Positions 36,009-45,336 of a stretch of 64,000 nt of DNA are shown piece by piece. Position 1 is the first letter of the stretch, and each line of letters starts with the position of its first letter. A program made the position numbers and the translations under genes. A model generated the notes under the pieces. It was not told the DNA's origin and ran no database searches. It saw only the letters and a program-made list of their open reading frames with translations. The stretch comes from Candidatus Latescibacterota bacterium. GTDB lineage: Bacteria; Latescibacterota; UBA2968; UBA8231. Where the stretch lies: NCBI GenBank assembly GCA_965221775.1, contig CBDCSU010000005.1, positions 832,001 through 896,000 on the forward strand, written 5' to 3'.

Positions 36009-37853
36009 CTAGCCCGCGGCGGCTTCGATCTGTCCCGCGAAGCGCTCGGTGATCGACTTGGGGACGATCTTGCGCAGGCCGCGGGTAAGGGTGCCCGCGT
36101 CTTCCGAGAGCGCCTCGGGCAGGACCAGCAGGCGCACGGGGCGTTCGTGGCCGGAGAGACCCGCGGCGTCGGCCTCGGCCAGCAGCTGCTCGCGGATGCG
36201 CTGGTGGAGCGGCTCGAAGGCCCGCAGAGAATCCTCTTCGGACGGCAGGCCGGGCAGGTCCGTCTGGCGGCCGGCCTCCTCGGCGTCGACGGTGACGACG
36301 ATGACCGGGTGGCTCCAGTCCTGCTGGCCGGTGACCAGGACATGCTCGACGAGGGCCGCCCGCGAGTAGATGCGCTCGAGCAGCTCGGGGTTGACGAACT
36401 CGCCGTTGGCGATCTTGAACTGGCGGCCGACGCGGCCTCGGAAGGTCAGGAATCCGTCCTCGTCCATGCTGAAGAGGTCGCCCGTGCGGTACCACAGCTT
36501 GCCCGGCACCTCCTCGTCCTCCACCAGCACGCGGGAGGTCTGCTCCGGCTCGTCGAGGTAACCCCGCATGACGTTGGGCCCGCTTACCCACAGCTCGCCC
36601 ACGGCCGCCGGGTCGGTGGTGTGGAAGGAATCGCTCGCCGGCTCGGCGCGGGCCACTTCGCCGCCCTCCTCGCTCACGAGCTTCACCTCGAAGAGAGGCC
36701 GCCCCACGGTGCCGGCGCGCCGTCCGCGGAGGTGGTTGGCGGCGATCAGCGGGGCGCACTCGGTGACTCCGTAGCCCTCGTAGGAGTTGATGCCGAGGAC
36801 GTAGTGGAAGAAGTCGAGGGCGTCGGGGTCGGCCTTGGCCGAGCCGACGACGAGGATCTCGAGCTCGGCGCCGACGCGGCTGGAGAGCTGCTGCTTGATC
36901 TTGGCCACCACCTTGCCGCCGAGGGTGCGGTCCACGAGGCGGGAGCCGAGGCCGGCCGTCCCCCGGGAGACGCTGTCGCGGGAGCGCACCGCCAGATCCA
37001 CCAGCCGGCCCTTGAGCCCGCCGGCGTCGATCTCCTTGCGGACGTTGCCGTAGACCTTGTCGAGGACCAGGGGCACGGTGAGGAAACCCTCCGGCTCGGA
37101 GATGCGGATGTCGGAGAGCACCCGGTCCGGCGACCGCGCCAGGTCGAGGACCCATCCCTTGGCCAGGGGGTAGTAGATGTTGAGGACGCCCATGGAGTGG
37201 TAGTCGGGGGCGGACTTGAAGAACCGGCAGACCTCCCGCTCGGCGATGAGGTCCCAGACGGAGCGAACGTTGGCGACGATGTTGCCGTGGGTCTGCACGA
37301 CCCCCTTCGGCAGACCGGAGGACCCGGAGGTGAAGAGGATCTTCGACTCGTCGTCGGCGGATACCTCGACCTCGGGAGGATCGTCTTCGGACTGCACCTC
37401 CTCCCAGGGGATGCCGTCGCCCTCGGTGCCCGGGCTCAGCAGCAGCCTCGGGGGCCGGGTGAGGGCCGGGGCCACGCGGCTGTAGGGCTCCCGGCCGCGG
37501 TCGTCGACGAGGAGCAGGTCCATCTCCGATCGCGAGATGTTGTGCACCAGGACCTCGGTGGAGGACTTGTGGCACAGGGGGACGGAGACGAGCCCCAGGG
37601 CGTCGGCGGCGAGGAAGACCAGCAGCGGCTCGAAGCCGCCGTCGGTGAGGATGCCGAGGCGCTGGCCCTTGCTCAGCCCGAGGGCGGCGAGGCCGGCGGC
37701 CAGGCTGTCGCGCAGTCCCCGCAGCTCGGCATAGGTGATCGGTGTGTAGGCCTCGCCGGCGTCGCTACGGGTCACGCAACGCACCGCGGGATGGCCGGCG
37801 CGAGAGGAGAAGCTGCTCTCCAGAAGGTCCTTGAGAGTCTCCACGGGAATCAC
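36009..37853 (-). CDS. AMP-binding enzyme, long-chain fatty-acid--CoA ligase-like
   Basis: FTSGSSGLPKGV, EGYGVTE, WYRTGD, GEFVNPE, LTRGLRK. Confidence 0.88.
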   Translation of the reverse strand: MIPVETLKDLLESSFSSRAGHPAVRCVTRSDAGEAYTPITYAELRGLRDSLAAGLAALGLSKGQRLGILTDGGFEPLLVFLAADALGLVSVPLCHKSSTEVLVHNISRSEMDLLLVDDRGREPYSRVAPALTRPPRLLLSPGTEGDGIPWEEVQSEDDPPEVEVSADDESKILFTSGSSGLPKGVVQTHGNIVANVRSVWDLIAEREVCRFFKSAPDYHSMGVLNIYYPLAKGWVLDLARSPDRVLSDIRISEPEGFLTVPLVLDKVYGNVRKEIDAGGLKGRLVDLAVRSRDSVSRGTAGLGSRLVDRTLGGKVVAKIKQQLSSRVGAELEILVVGSAKADPDALDFFHYVLGINSYEGYGVTECAPLIAANHLRGRRAGTVGRPLFEVKLVSEEGGEVARAEPASDSFHTTDPAAVGELWVSGPNVMRGYLDEPEQTSRVLVEDEEVPGKLWYRTGDLFSMDEDGFLTFRGRVGRQFKIANGEFVNPELLERIYSRAALVEHVLVTGQQDWSHPVIVVTVDAEEAGRQTDLPGLPSEEDSLRAFEPLHQRIREQLLAEADAAGLSGHERPVRLLVLPEALSEDAGTLTRGLRKIVPKSITERFAGQIEAAAG

Positions 37854-37911
37854 CTCGATCGCTTTTGGTGGCGGCTACCCAGGTTGCCTATCATAAACCG
37901 CATAATAACAG

Positions 37912-39639
37912 ATGAATTCCTGGCGGCGACAACCGATAACGGCAAAAACCCCGGAAAAGTTCACACACCGGCGGCCGGCGCCCCTGTCCGGGCGGCCATG
38001 GACGCTGTGTTCCGCCCTCCTGGCGGTCCTGCTGGCGGCCGGACCGGCGGCCGGTGACGTCCGCGATGGTCTGCGGGACAACCGCTACGAGACCGGCTCC
38101 AAGTACAGCGCCAGCATCGGCTCGGTGACGGTGCAGGAGCGCCAGCTCTACCGCCTGGCCCTGCGTCCCCAGTTTCCGCTGGGGCGGGCGGCCGTGGTCC
38201 TGGACCTGGAACTGTTCCTCGGCGAGGACGGATCCGTCGAGAGCCTGGGGTGGTCCTTCGCGACCCCGGCCGAGACCTTCGACAGCCTCCTGCGCAAGAT
38301 CTACTACGTCCGTTACGGTGAGCCGCGGGAGCCCGTATTCGTCCGCATCGGCGCCCTCGACCGCGTCACCCTCGGCTACGGTCTGATCATGGACCGCTAC
38401 CGCAACACCCTCGAGTACCCGGGGATCAAGAGGACGGGCGCCGTCTTCCACTTCGACCGGCTCGCCGGCAACCGCTTCGGCCTGCAGGGGATGATCAACA
38501 ACATCCAGGACTTCCAGCAGGGCGGCGCCGTCCTGGGCACGCGGGTCTTCACCTACGTCGCCGAGCGCGTGGAACTGGGGGCGACGTACGTCCTCGACAT
38601 CAACCAGTACGCCGGACTCCTCGACCGGGACGGCGACGGCTATCCCGACGCCGTCGACGCCTTTCCCGGGGACGACGGGGCGTCCAGGGACAACGACGGC
38701 GACGGGGTCCCCGACAGCCGCGACATCGACGACGACAACGACGGGGTGATCGACTTCGACCCCCTCAGCGGGCTGAGCCGCAATGTCGTCAACGGTCTGG
38801 AGGCGCTGGAGGACGAAGGCCTCCGCCTGGACCGCGACGTGCAGCGGACGAACCCCTTCAACAAGGACGAGGCCGGCGCCGACCGTTTCGGAATCTTCGG
38901 CGTCGACGCCGGCTACCACTGGAAGCAGGGCGCGCAGTGGGACCTGACCTTGTACGGCCAGATGGGGATCCTCCACGACGATGACGACGAGCTCACCCTC
39001 CGCCAGGCCCGCGTCCAGAACGTGGCCGGCGGCAACCGCAGGTCCACGGGCCTCGGGATCGCGGCGCCGGGCCTGAGGGCCCGTACCGGGACCTTCGAAG
39101 GACGCATCGAGTACCGCTACTTCCTGGAGGACTTCGAGGCCGGCTACTTCGACAACCTGTACGACCTCGACCGGGCGCGCCTCGATCGCGTCACCGGCCG
39201 GGCGGCGCCGAAGGACGCCGGCCTCAACCGAAGCCAGAGTCTGCAAGGCGTCTACGGCCGCGTGGCATCCAACTTCCTCGGACTGGCCACTGGCTCAGCC
39301 GACTACGAGCATCTCCTCGGCGACAACGCCTCGAAGCGCCAGTTCCACGGCTCCCTGAGCCTGTCGCCCGTGGTGATGAAGTCGGTGAAGAGGCTCAGCC
39401 GCCTCGCCCTCCACTACCAGAAGAACCACATCGGCGGGCGCCTCGACAGCGACGGCACCCCCGGCTCCGAGGACGCCTTCCTCGAATCCACGGAAGACAC
39501 CTTCTACGGGTACTCCATCGGTTTCGAGTTGGACGGGGCCGCCGTCTACCTCGACACCCACTTCCTCTTCGACCGCGACGCCGACGGCCGCATCCGCCGG
39601 CGCCAGATCAGCTCCATCGAGACCGTGCTCAGCTTCTGA
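37912..39639 (+). CDS. Predicted outer-membrane beta-barrel with inserted thrombospondin type 3-like Ca-binding repeats
   Basis: Signal peptide; amphipathic strands; DRDGDGYPDAVDAFP..DNDGDGVPD..DIDDDNDGVID; C-terminal VLSF. Confidence 0.7.
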   Translation: MNSWRRQPITAKTPEKFTHRRPAPLSGRPWTLCSALLAVLLAAGPAAGDVRDGLRDNRYETGSKYSASIGSVTVQERQLYRLALRPQFPLGRAAVVLDLELFLGEDGSVESLGWSFATPAETFDSLLRKIYYVRYGEPREPVFVRIGALDRVTLGYGLIMDRYRNTLEYPGIKRTGAVFHFDRLAGNRFGLQGMINNIQDFQQGGAVLGTRVFTYVAERVELGATYVLDINQYAGLLDRDGDGYPDAVDAFPGDDGASRDNDGDGVPDSRDIDDDNDGVIDFDPLSGLSRNVVNGLEALEDEGLRLDRDVQRTNPFNKDEAGADRFGIFGVDAGYHWKQGAQWDLTLYGQMGILHDDDDELTLRQARVQNVAGGNRRSTGLGIAAPGLRARTGTFEGRIEYRYFLEDFEAGYFDNLYDLDRARLDRVTGRAAPKDAGLNRSQSLQGVYGRVASNFLGLATGSADYEHLLGDNASKRQFHGSLSLSPVVMKSVKRLSRLALHYQKNHIGGRLDSDGTPGSEDAFLESTEDTFYGYSIGFELDGAAVYLDTHFLFDRDADGRIRRRQISSIETVLSF

Positions 39640-39664
39640 CCTCGACGGATCCCCGCCGCCACCG

Positions 39665-40798
39665 ATGAACCTCATCATCGACGGCCACCTCGACCTGGCC
39701 TTCAACGCCCTGTTCTTCCGCCGCGACCTCACCCGGCCGGTGCAGGTCCTGCGCGAGCGCGAGGACCCCTGGCGCGACGGCGTGACTCCCGCCGCGGCGC
39801 ACCGCGACGCCCTGAACAAGCGGCCCCGGGCGGAGTTCGGCGGCGTCGCCACCGTCGCCCTGCCGGAGATGCGCCAGGGCCGCGTGGGCATCGTCCTGTC
39901 GACGATCATGTCGCGCGTGCAGCTGCCGAACGAGTCCCTCTCCGACGGCATGCGCAACCAGCTCGCCGCCCACGCCATGGGGCAGGCCCACCTTCACTAC
40001 TACCAGGCCCTCGAGCGCGAAGGGGCCCTCGCCTTCGTGCGCACGGCGGAGGACCTGCGCCGCGCCGCCGGGCTCTGGCAGGCGGAGAGCGTCGCCCCCG
40101 ACACGCCCGTGGGGCTGATCCTCAGCATGGAGAGCGCCGACCCGATCCTGGGGCCGGAGGACGTGGCCAACTGGTGGCACGCGGGACTGCGCTCGGTGGG
40201 CCTCACCCACTTCGGGGCCAACACCTGGGGACACGGCACCGGCACCCGGGGCGGGCTCTACGCCTGCGCCTACCCGCTGATGGAGGCCCTCGCCGACGCC
40301 GGCGTGGCCCTGGACCTGACCCACGCCTCGGACATGACCTTCTGGCAGATCCTCGACGCCTGGCAGGGTCCCGTCCACGCCAGCCACTGCATGTGCCGGG
40401 CCCTGGTGCGCGGCCAGCGTCACCTGTCGGACGACATGATCCGCGCCCTCGCCGAGCGCGGCGGCGTCATCGGCATGGTCTTCGCCGAGCCGATGCTCAA
40501 CCCGGACATCGACTTCGACGACCTGCGCAGCGCCCCGCGCACGGCGCGCCGGACCATGGCCGGCGTCGTCGATCACATCGACCACGTCTGCCAGCTCACC
40601 GGCAGCTGCGACCACGTCGCCATCGGCTCCGATCTCGACGGCGGCTTCGGCCGCGAGTGGGCCCCCATCGACTACGACACGATCGCCGACCTGCAGAAGT
40701 TCCTCGCCATCCTCGAGGGCCGCGGCTACTGCGCCGAGGACGTGGCCCGCATCGCCCACGGCAACCTGCTCCGGTTCTTCGCGGAGGTGATGCCGTGA
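39665..40798 (+). CDS. Peptidase M19 dipeptidase (paralog 3)
   Basis: IIDGHLD, MESADP, LDLTH, ASH, DHIDH, IGSDLDGG, GN. Confidence 0.9.
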   Translation: MNLIIDGHLDLAFNALFFRRDLTRPVQVLREREDPWRDGVTPAAAHRDALNKRPRAEFGGVATVALPEMRQGRVGIVLSTIMSRVQLPNESLSDGMRNQLAAHAMGQAHLHYYQALEREGALAFVRTAEDLRRAAGLWQAESVAPDTPVGLILSMESADPILGPEDVANWWHAGLRSVGLTHFGANTWGHGTGTRGGLYACAYPLMEALADAGVALDLTHASDMTFWQILDAWQGPVHASHCMCRALVRGQRHLSDDMIRALAERGGVIGMVFAEPMLNPDIDFDDLRSAPRTARRTMAGVVDHIDHVCQLTGSCDHVAIGSDLDGGFGREWAPIDYDTIADLQKFLAILEGRGYCAEDVARIAHGNLLRFFAEVMP

Positions 40799-41889
40799 AC
40801 CCGCCGCTGATCGTCGACAGCCATCTCGACCTGTCCTTCAACGCCCTGCAGCTCAACCGCGACCTGACGCAGCCGGCGGCCACGGTGCGGGTCCACGACC
40901 CGGTGGAGACGATGGAGTCCTTCGGCAGCTGCACGGTGACCCTGCCCGAGTTGCGCCGGGGGCGGGTCGGCATCGTCTGCGCCACCGTCATGTCGCGGAT
41001 CGACCCGGGGGACCGGGCGACGCGCACGGGCATGTACGCGCAGAGCCAGTGCCACGGCGTCGGTCGCGGACACCTGGCGTACTACCAGGCCCTGGAGCGC
41101 GCCGGCCACGTGCGCCTCTGCCGCACCCGCGCCCAGCTCGACGAAACGGCCGCCTTGTGGGAGAGCGCGGAGGTCGGCGCCGACGGCTCCGGCCCCCCGG
41201 TGGGGCTGGTGCTGGCCATGGAGAGCGCCGACCCGATCCTCGGCCCCGACCAGGTGCCGGAGTGGCACGCCCTGGGGCTGCGCATGGTCAGCCTGTCCCA
41301 CTACGGCAGGAGCACCTATTCCCACGGCACCGCCACCGAGGGCGGGCTGCGGCCCCCGGCGCGGCCCCTGCTGGCGGCGCTGCAGGAGGCGGGGATCGTG
41401 GTCGACGTGACCCACCTGACCGACCAGGCCCACCGCGAGCTGTTCGAGATCTACGACGGCCCGGTCTGCGCCAGCCACCACAACTGCCGCGCCCTCACCC
41501 CCGGCCAGCGGCAGCTCACCGACGACATGATCCGCGACATCGCTGGCCGCGGCGGCGTCATCGGCGCCGCCCTCGACTCGTGGATGCTCGACCCGGGATG
41601 GCGGCGGGACCTGCAGGCGTGGGAGCAGCGGTCCGGCGCCACCCTGCGGAGCGTGGCCGACCACATCGACCACGTGGCCCAGGTCACGGGCACCAGCCGG
41701 CACTGCGGCATCGGCACCGACCTCGACGGCGGCTTCGGCGCCGAGCAGGCCCCCCGCGACCTGAACACGATCGCCGACCTGCAGAATCTGGTCCCCCTGC
41801 TGCAGGACCGGGGCTACGGGGAGCAGGACCTGACGGGGATCCTCTCCGGCAACTGGCTCCGCCTGCTGCGCCGCAACTGGCGCGACTGA
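40795..41889 (+). CDS. Peptidase M19 dipeptidase (paralog 4)
   Basis: GTG start overlapping the upstream TGA; IVDSHLD, MESADP, VDVTH, ASHHN, IGTDLDGG, GNW. Confidence 0.9.
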   Translation: MNPPLIVDSHLDLSFNALQLNRDLTQPAATVRVHDPVETMESFGSCTVTLPELRRGRVGIVCATVMSRIDPGDRATRTGMYAQSQCHGVGRGHLAYYQALERAGHVRLCRTRAQLDETAALWESAEVGADGSGPPVGLVLAMESADPILGPDQVPEWHALGLRMVSLSHYGRSTYSHGTATEGGLRPPARPLLAALQEAGIVVDVTHLTDQAHRELFEIYDGPVCASHHNCRALTPGQRQLTDDMIRDIAGRGGVIGAALDSWMLDPGWRRDLQAWEQRSGATLRSVADHIDHVAQVTGTSRHCGIGTDLDGGFGAEQAPRDLNTIADLQNLVPLLQDRGYGEQDLTGILSGNWLRLLRRNWRD

Positions 41890-41962
41890 TCCCTCCTTCC
41901 GACGAACGGTCTGTGGGTGGCAGCATGTTTCCCGGAAACGAGGCGGGCTCCCGCCTCACCGC

Positions 41963-41991
41963 TTGCGGATATCACTCGCCATCTCTATACT
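41963..41991 (+). promoter_or_regulatory. Candidate sigma70 promoter of ilvBN
   Basis: TTGCGG-17nt-TATACT, followed by palindrome AAACAT-A-ATGTTT at 42005-42017. Confidence 0.5.
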
Positions 41992-42072
41992 TGGCCCTTG
42001 CAAGAAACATAATGTTTGCGAAACTCGCATGATTCCTCGCATCCGTGCCTCACAACCCGGAGCCTTCTCCCC

Positions 42073-43776
42073 ATGAGAGGTGCCGACGCCGTCATCCAGG
42101 CGGTCGAACGCCAGGGGGTCGATTTCATCTTCGGCCATCCCGGCGGCGCCGCCATGCCCATCTTCGACGCCCTCGTCGACTCGGAGCACATCCGCTTCGT
42201 CCTCACCCGGCACGAGCAGGGCGCCACCCACATGGCCGACGGCTACGCCCGCGCCACCGGCAAGCCGGGGGTGGTCCTGGTCACCTCCGGCCCGGGGGCG
42301 ACCAACACCGTCACCGGGCTGCTCACGGCCCAGATGGACTCGGTGCCGATGGTCGTCCTCACCGGGCAGACGATCTCCCCCATGCTCGGCAAGGACGCCT
42401 TCCAGGAGGCCGACGTCTTCGGCATCTCCATGCCGGTGGTGAAGCACTCCTACCTGGTCAAGGCGGTGGACGACATCCCCCGGGTCATGCACGAGGCCTT
42501 CCACATCGCCACCACCGGCCGCAAGGGGCCGGTCCTGGTGGACCTGCCCAAGGACGTGACCTCCGCCGAGTGCGGCGCCGACTTCCCCGAGCGCGTCTAC
42601 CTGCCCGGGTACAGCGTGCGCTCCAAGGCCGACCCCGACCGGCTGCAGGAGGCCGCCGGGTTCCTGCGCCGCAGCCGCCGCCCCCTCCTCTACCTGGGGG
42701 GCGGAGCGATCGCCGCCGGGGCCCACGAGGCCGCCAAGGCCTTCGCCGAGAAGACGCGCATGCCGGTGACCAACACCCTCCTGGGCAAGGGCGCCTTCCC
42801 CGAGCAGCACGAGCTGTCGGTGGGCATGCTCGGCATGCACGGCACCGCCTACGCCAACAAGGCCGTCGTCGGCTGCGACCTGATCATGTCCGTCGGCGGC
42901 CGCTGGGACGACCGCATCACCGGCAAGCTCGACGAGTTCTGTCCCGACGCGGTGAAGATCCACGTCGACATCGACCCGGCGGAGTACGGCAAGGTCGTCA
43001 TGCCCGACGTCTTCCTCCAGGGCGACGCCCTCGAGGTGCTCGAGGAGCTGATCAACATGGTGGGGCCCCTCGACACCGCCGACTGGCTGGGCCAGATCGA
43101 CGAGTGGAAGGTGAAGTACCCCCTCAAGTACGGGAAGAAGGGGGGGCTGAAGATGCAGGCCGTCTTCGACCGCCTCTACCATCTGACGGCGGGCCGGGCG
43201 GTGGTCTCCACCGACGTGGGGCAGCACCAGATGTGGGCGGCCCAGTTCTACCGCACCGCCCACCACCGCCAGTGGCTCTCCTCGGGTGGCGCGGGGACGA
43301 TGGGCTACGGCTTCCCCGCCGCGGTGGGCGCCCAGTTCGGCCGCCCCGACGAGACCGTGGTCGCCATCGTCGGCGACGGCGGCTTCCAGATGACCATGTG
43401 CGAGCTGGCCACGGCGGCGGTCCACGACCTGCCGGTGAAGGTGCTGATCATGGACAACGCCTACCTCGGCATGGTCCGCCAGTGGCAGAACCTGTTCTTC
43501 GACAACCGCCTCTCCGGGGTCGACCTGGAGGGCAACCCGGACTTCGTCAAGCTCGCCGCTTCCTACGGCATCGAGGCCTGGCACCTGAGGCGCACCGCCG
43601 ACATCGACAAGATCCTGACGCGCATGCTCAAGCACGACTCGGGTCCGGCCGTCGTCCACTGCCACTGCGAGAAGGAGGACAACGTCTTCCCCATGATCCC
43701 CGCCGGCGCCGCCGTCCACGAGATGCTGATCGAGCCTCCGCGGCGGAAGCTCGCCAAGCCGACGGGGAGCACCTGA
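42073..43776 (+). CDS. ilvB: Acetolactate synthase large subunit
   Basis: [56 protein letters not shown]. Confidence 0.96.
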   Translation: MRGADAVIQAVERQGVDFIFGHPGGAAMPIFDALVDSEHIRFVLTRHEQGATHMADGYARATGKPGVVLVTSGPGATNTVTGLLTAQMDSVPMVVLTGQTISPMLGKDAFQEADVFGISMPVVKHSYLVKAVDDIPRVMHEAFHIATTGRKGPVLVDLPKDVTSAECGADFPERVYLPGYSVRSKADPDRLQEAAGFLRRSRRPLLYLGGGAIAAGAHEAAKAFAEKTRMPVTNTLLGKGAFPEQHELSVGMLGMHGTAYANKAVVGCDLIMSVGGRWDDRITGKLDEFCPDAVKIHVDIDPAEYGKVVMPDVFLQGDALEVLEELINMVGPLDTADWLGQIDEWKVKYPLKYGKKGGLKMQAVFDRLYHLTAGRAVVSTDVGQHQMWAAQFYRTAHHRQWLSSGGAGTMGYGFPAAVGAQFGRPDETVVAIVGDGGFQMTMCELATAAVHDLPVKVLIMDNAYLGMVRQWQNLFFDNRLSGVDLEGNPDFVKLAASYGIEAWHLRRTADIDKILTRMLKHDSGPAVVHCHCEKEDNVFPMIPAGAAVHEMLIEPPRRKLAKPTGST

Positions 43777-44363
43777 TGGAACGGCAACAGGAACCCGCGG
43801 CCCCGGAGAACGGCAGGTCCACCGAGGTCGCCGACGCCGCCTACCGCCGCGGTGTCGGCCTCGGCGGCGAGGTCCGCAAGACGACGATCGGCCTGCTGGT
43901 CAACGACCGCCCCGGCGTCCTCATGCGCATCAGCCAGGTCTTCAGCCGGCGGGGCTACAACATCGAGTCCCTCGTGGTCTCCCCCGCCCACGTCATCCCC
44001 GCCACCTCTCGCATGACGATCACCTGCTCGGGGCCGGCGGACGTGCTGCACCAGATCATCCTCCAGCTCGACAAGCTCGTCGACGTGATCCACGCCCACG
44101 ACCACACCGACGACGCCGCCGTCACCCGCGAGCTGGCGCTGTTCAAGGTCGCCTGCACCATCGCCCAGCGCGGCGAGGTCCTGCAGATCACCGAGGTCTT
44201 CCGCGGCAAGACGGTGGACATCTCCGACGAGACGATCACCGTCGAGGTCACGGGCACCACGGAGAAGATGGACGCTCTGGAGAAGATGCTGGCCCGGTTC
44301 GACCTGCGGGAGATGGTGCGCACCGGCAAGGTGGTCATGGCCAGAGGCACGGACGTGACCTGA
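43776..44363 (+). CDS. ilvN: Acetolactate synthase small (regulatory) subunit
   Basis: VNDRPGVLMRISQVFSRRGYNIESL, QLDKLVDVI, RELALFKV, EMVRTG. Confidence 0.95.
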   Translation: MERQQEPAAPENGRSTEVADAAYRRGVGLGGEVRKTTIGLLVNDRPGVLMRISQVFSRRGYNIESLVVSPAHVIPATSRMTITCSGPADVLHQIILQLDKLVDVIHAHDHTDDAAVTRELALFKVACTIAQRGEVLQITEVFRGKTVDISDETITVEVTGTTEKMDALEKMLARFDLREMVRTGKVVMARGTDVT

Positions 44364-44367
44364 TCCG

Positions 44368-45291
44368 GTGCCCGGCGCCGGACACAACCACGCCGCGGGG
44401 GCCGCCCTCCGGGCCCTCGCCATCGTCGGCCTGTGGGCCGCCCCCGCCCTCGGGGGCGCCTGGACCGTGCCCGCCTCCGGCTTCTGGGGCAAGGTCGGCT
44501 ACTTCCGCCAGACCTCCAGCGAGTGGTACATCGACAGCCCCGAGCCGCGGGTGATCCAGACCGCCGACGGCATCGAGTTCACCGAACTGCCCGCCGGCAC
44601 GCGGCGCCCCTACCGCTTCGGCGGCCAGTACCGCTCGATGGCGGTCTTCGCCGAGGGCTTCTACGGAGTCACGGACTGGCTCAACCTCGGCGTGCAGGTC
44701 CCGTACTTCGACCAGGTCTACCAGGACAGCACGCGCACCGAGGCGCCCAGCGACGCCGGCTTCAGCGACCTGCGGATCTACACCAAGCTCCGGGTCCGGC
44801 AGAGCCCGGCGGTGCTGACCCTCAAGCTCGGGGCCAAGGTCCCCACGGGCGACTTCCGGAACGAGGACGGCCTGATCCCCGTGGGCGAGGGCCAGTGGGA
44901 CTTCGACCTCCTCGTGCAGGCGGGCCGGTCCCTCTGGCCGCTGCCGGCGTACGCCAACGTGGAGGCCGGGTACCGCCTGCGCATGGAGAACGCGGACGTG
45001 CAGCGGGACCCGGGCGACGAGTGGCTGGTCAATGCCGAGGCGGGCTGGTCGCCGCGGCCCCGGCTGCTGCTGGCCCTCAAGCTGGAGCTGCTGCACGGCA
45101 AGGCGGGCACCTCCTTCGGCTTCGAGAACCCCAGCCTGAAGAAGCGGATCCTCTACCTGGCGCCCACCGCCAGCTGGACCCTGTTCGGAGAGACGGCGGC
45201 GGAACTGGCCCTGCGGCGCACCCTGGCGGGGCGCAACTTTCCGGCGGGCAACCAGCTGACCGTCGGTCTGTCGACCCGGGCCGGCCTCTGA
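44368..45291 (+). CDS. Outer-membrane beta-barrel 'transporter' (MetA-pathway/SphA-like)
   Basis: Signal peptide; GFSDL, LGAKVPTG, GEGQWD, amphipathic strands. Confidence 0.65.
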   Translation: MPGAGHNHAAGAALRALAIVGLWAAPALGGAWTVPASGFWGKVGYFRQTSSEWYIDSPEPRVIQTADGIEFTELPAGTRRPYRFGGQYRSMAVFAEGFYGVTDWLNLGVQVPYFDQVYQDSTRTEAPSDAGFSDLRIYTKLRVRQSPAVLTLKLGAKVPTGDFRNEDGLIPVGEGQWDFDLLVQAGRSLWPLPAYANVEAGYRLRMENADVQRDPGDEWLVNAEAGWSPRPRLLLALKLELLHGKAGTSFGFENPSLKKRILYLAPTASWTLFGETAAELALRRTLAGRNFPAGNQLTVGLSTRAGL

Positions 45292-45293
45292 CC

Positions 45294-45331
45294 GGCGGGG
45301 ACCCTCCCGCGAGCGCGGCCGGGTCCCCGCC
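45294..45331. terminator. Inverted repeat between convergent genes (putative bidirectional terminator)
   Basis: ggcggggaccc (45294-45304) / gggtccccgcc (45321-45331), perfect 11-bp stem. Confidence 0.55.
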
Positions 45332-45336
45332 TCCCT

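Noticed and set aside
41926-41940. tGTTTCCCGGAAACg as a parS site
   Set aside because: One base short of the 16-bp parS spacing (TGTTTCACGTGAAACA) and 10 kb from parAB; kept only as a generic palindrome
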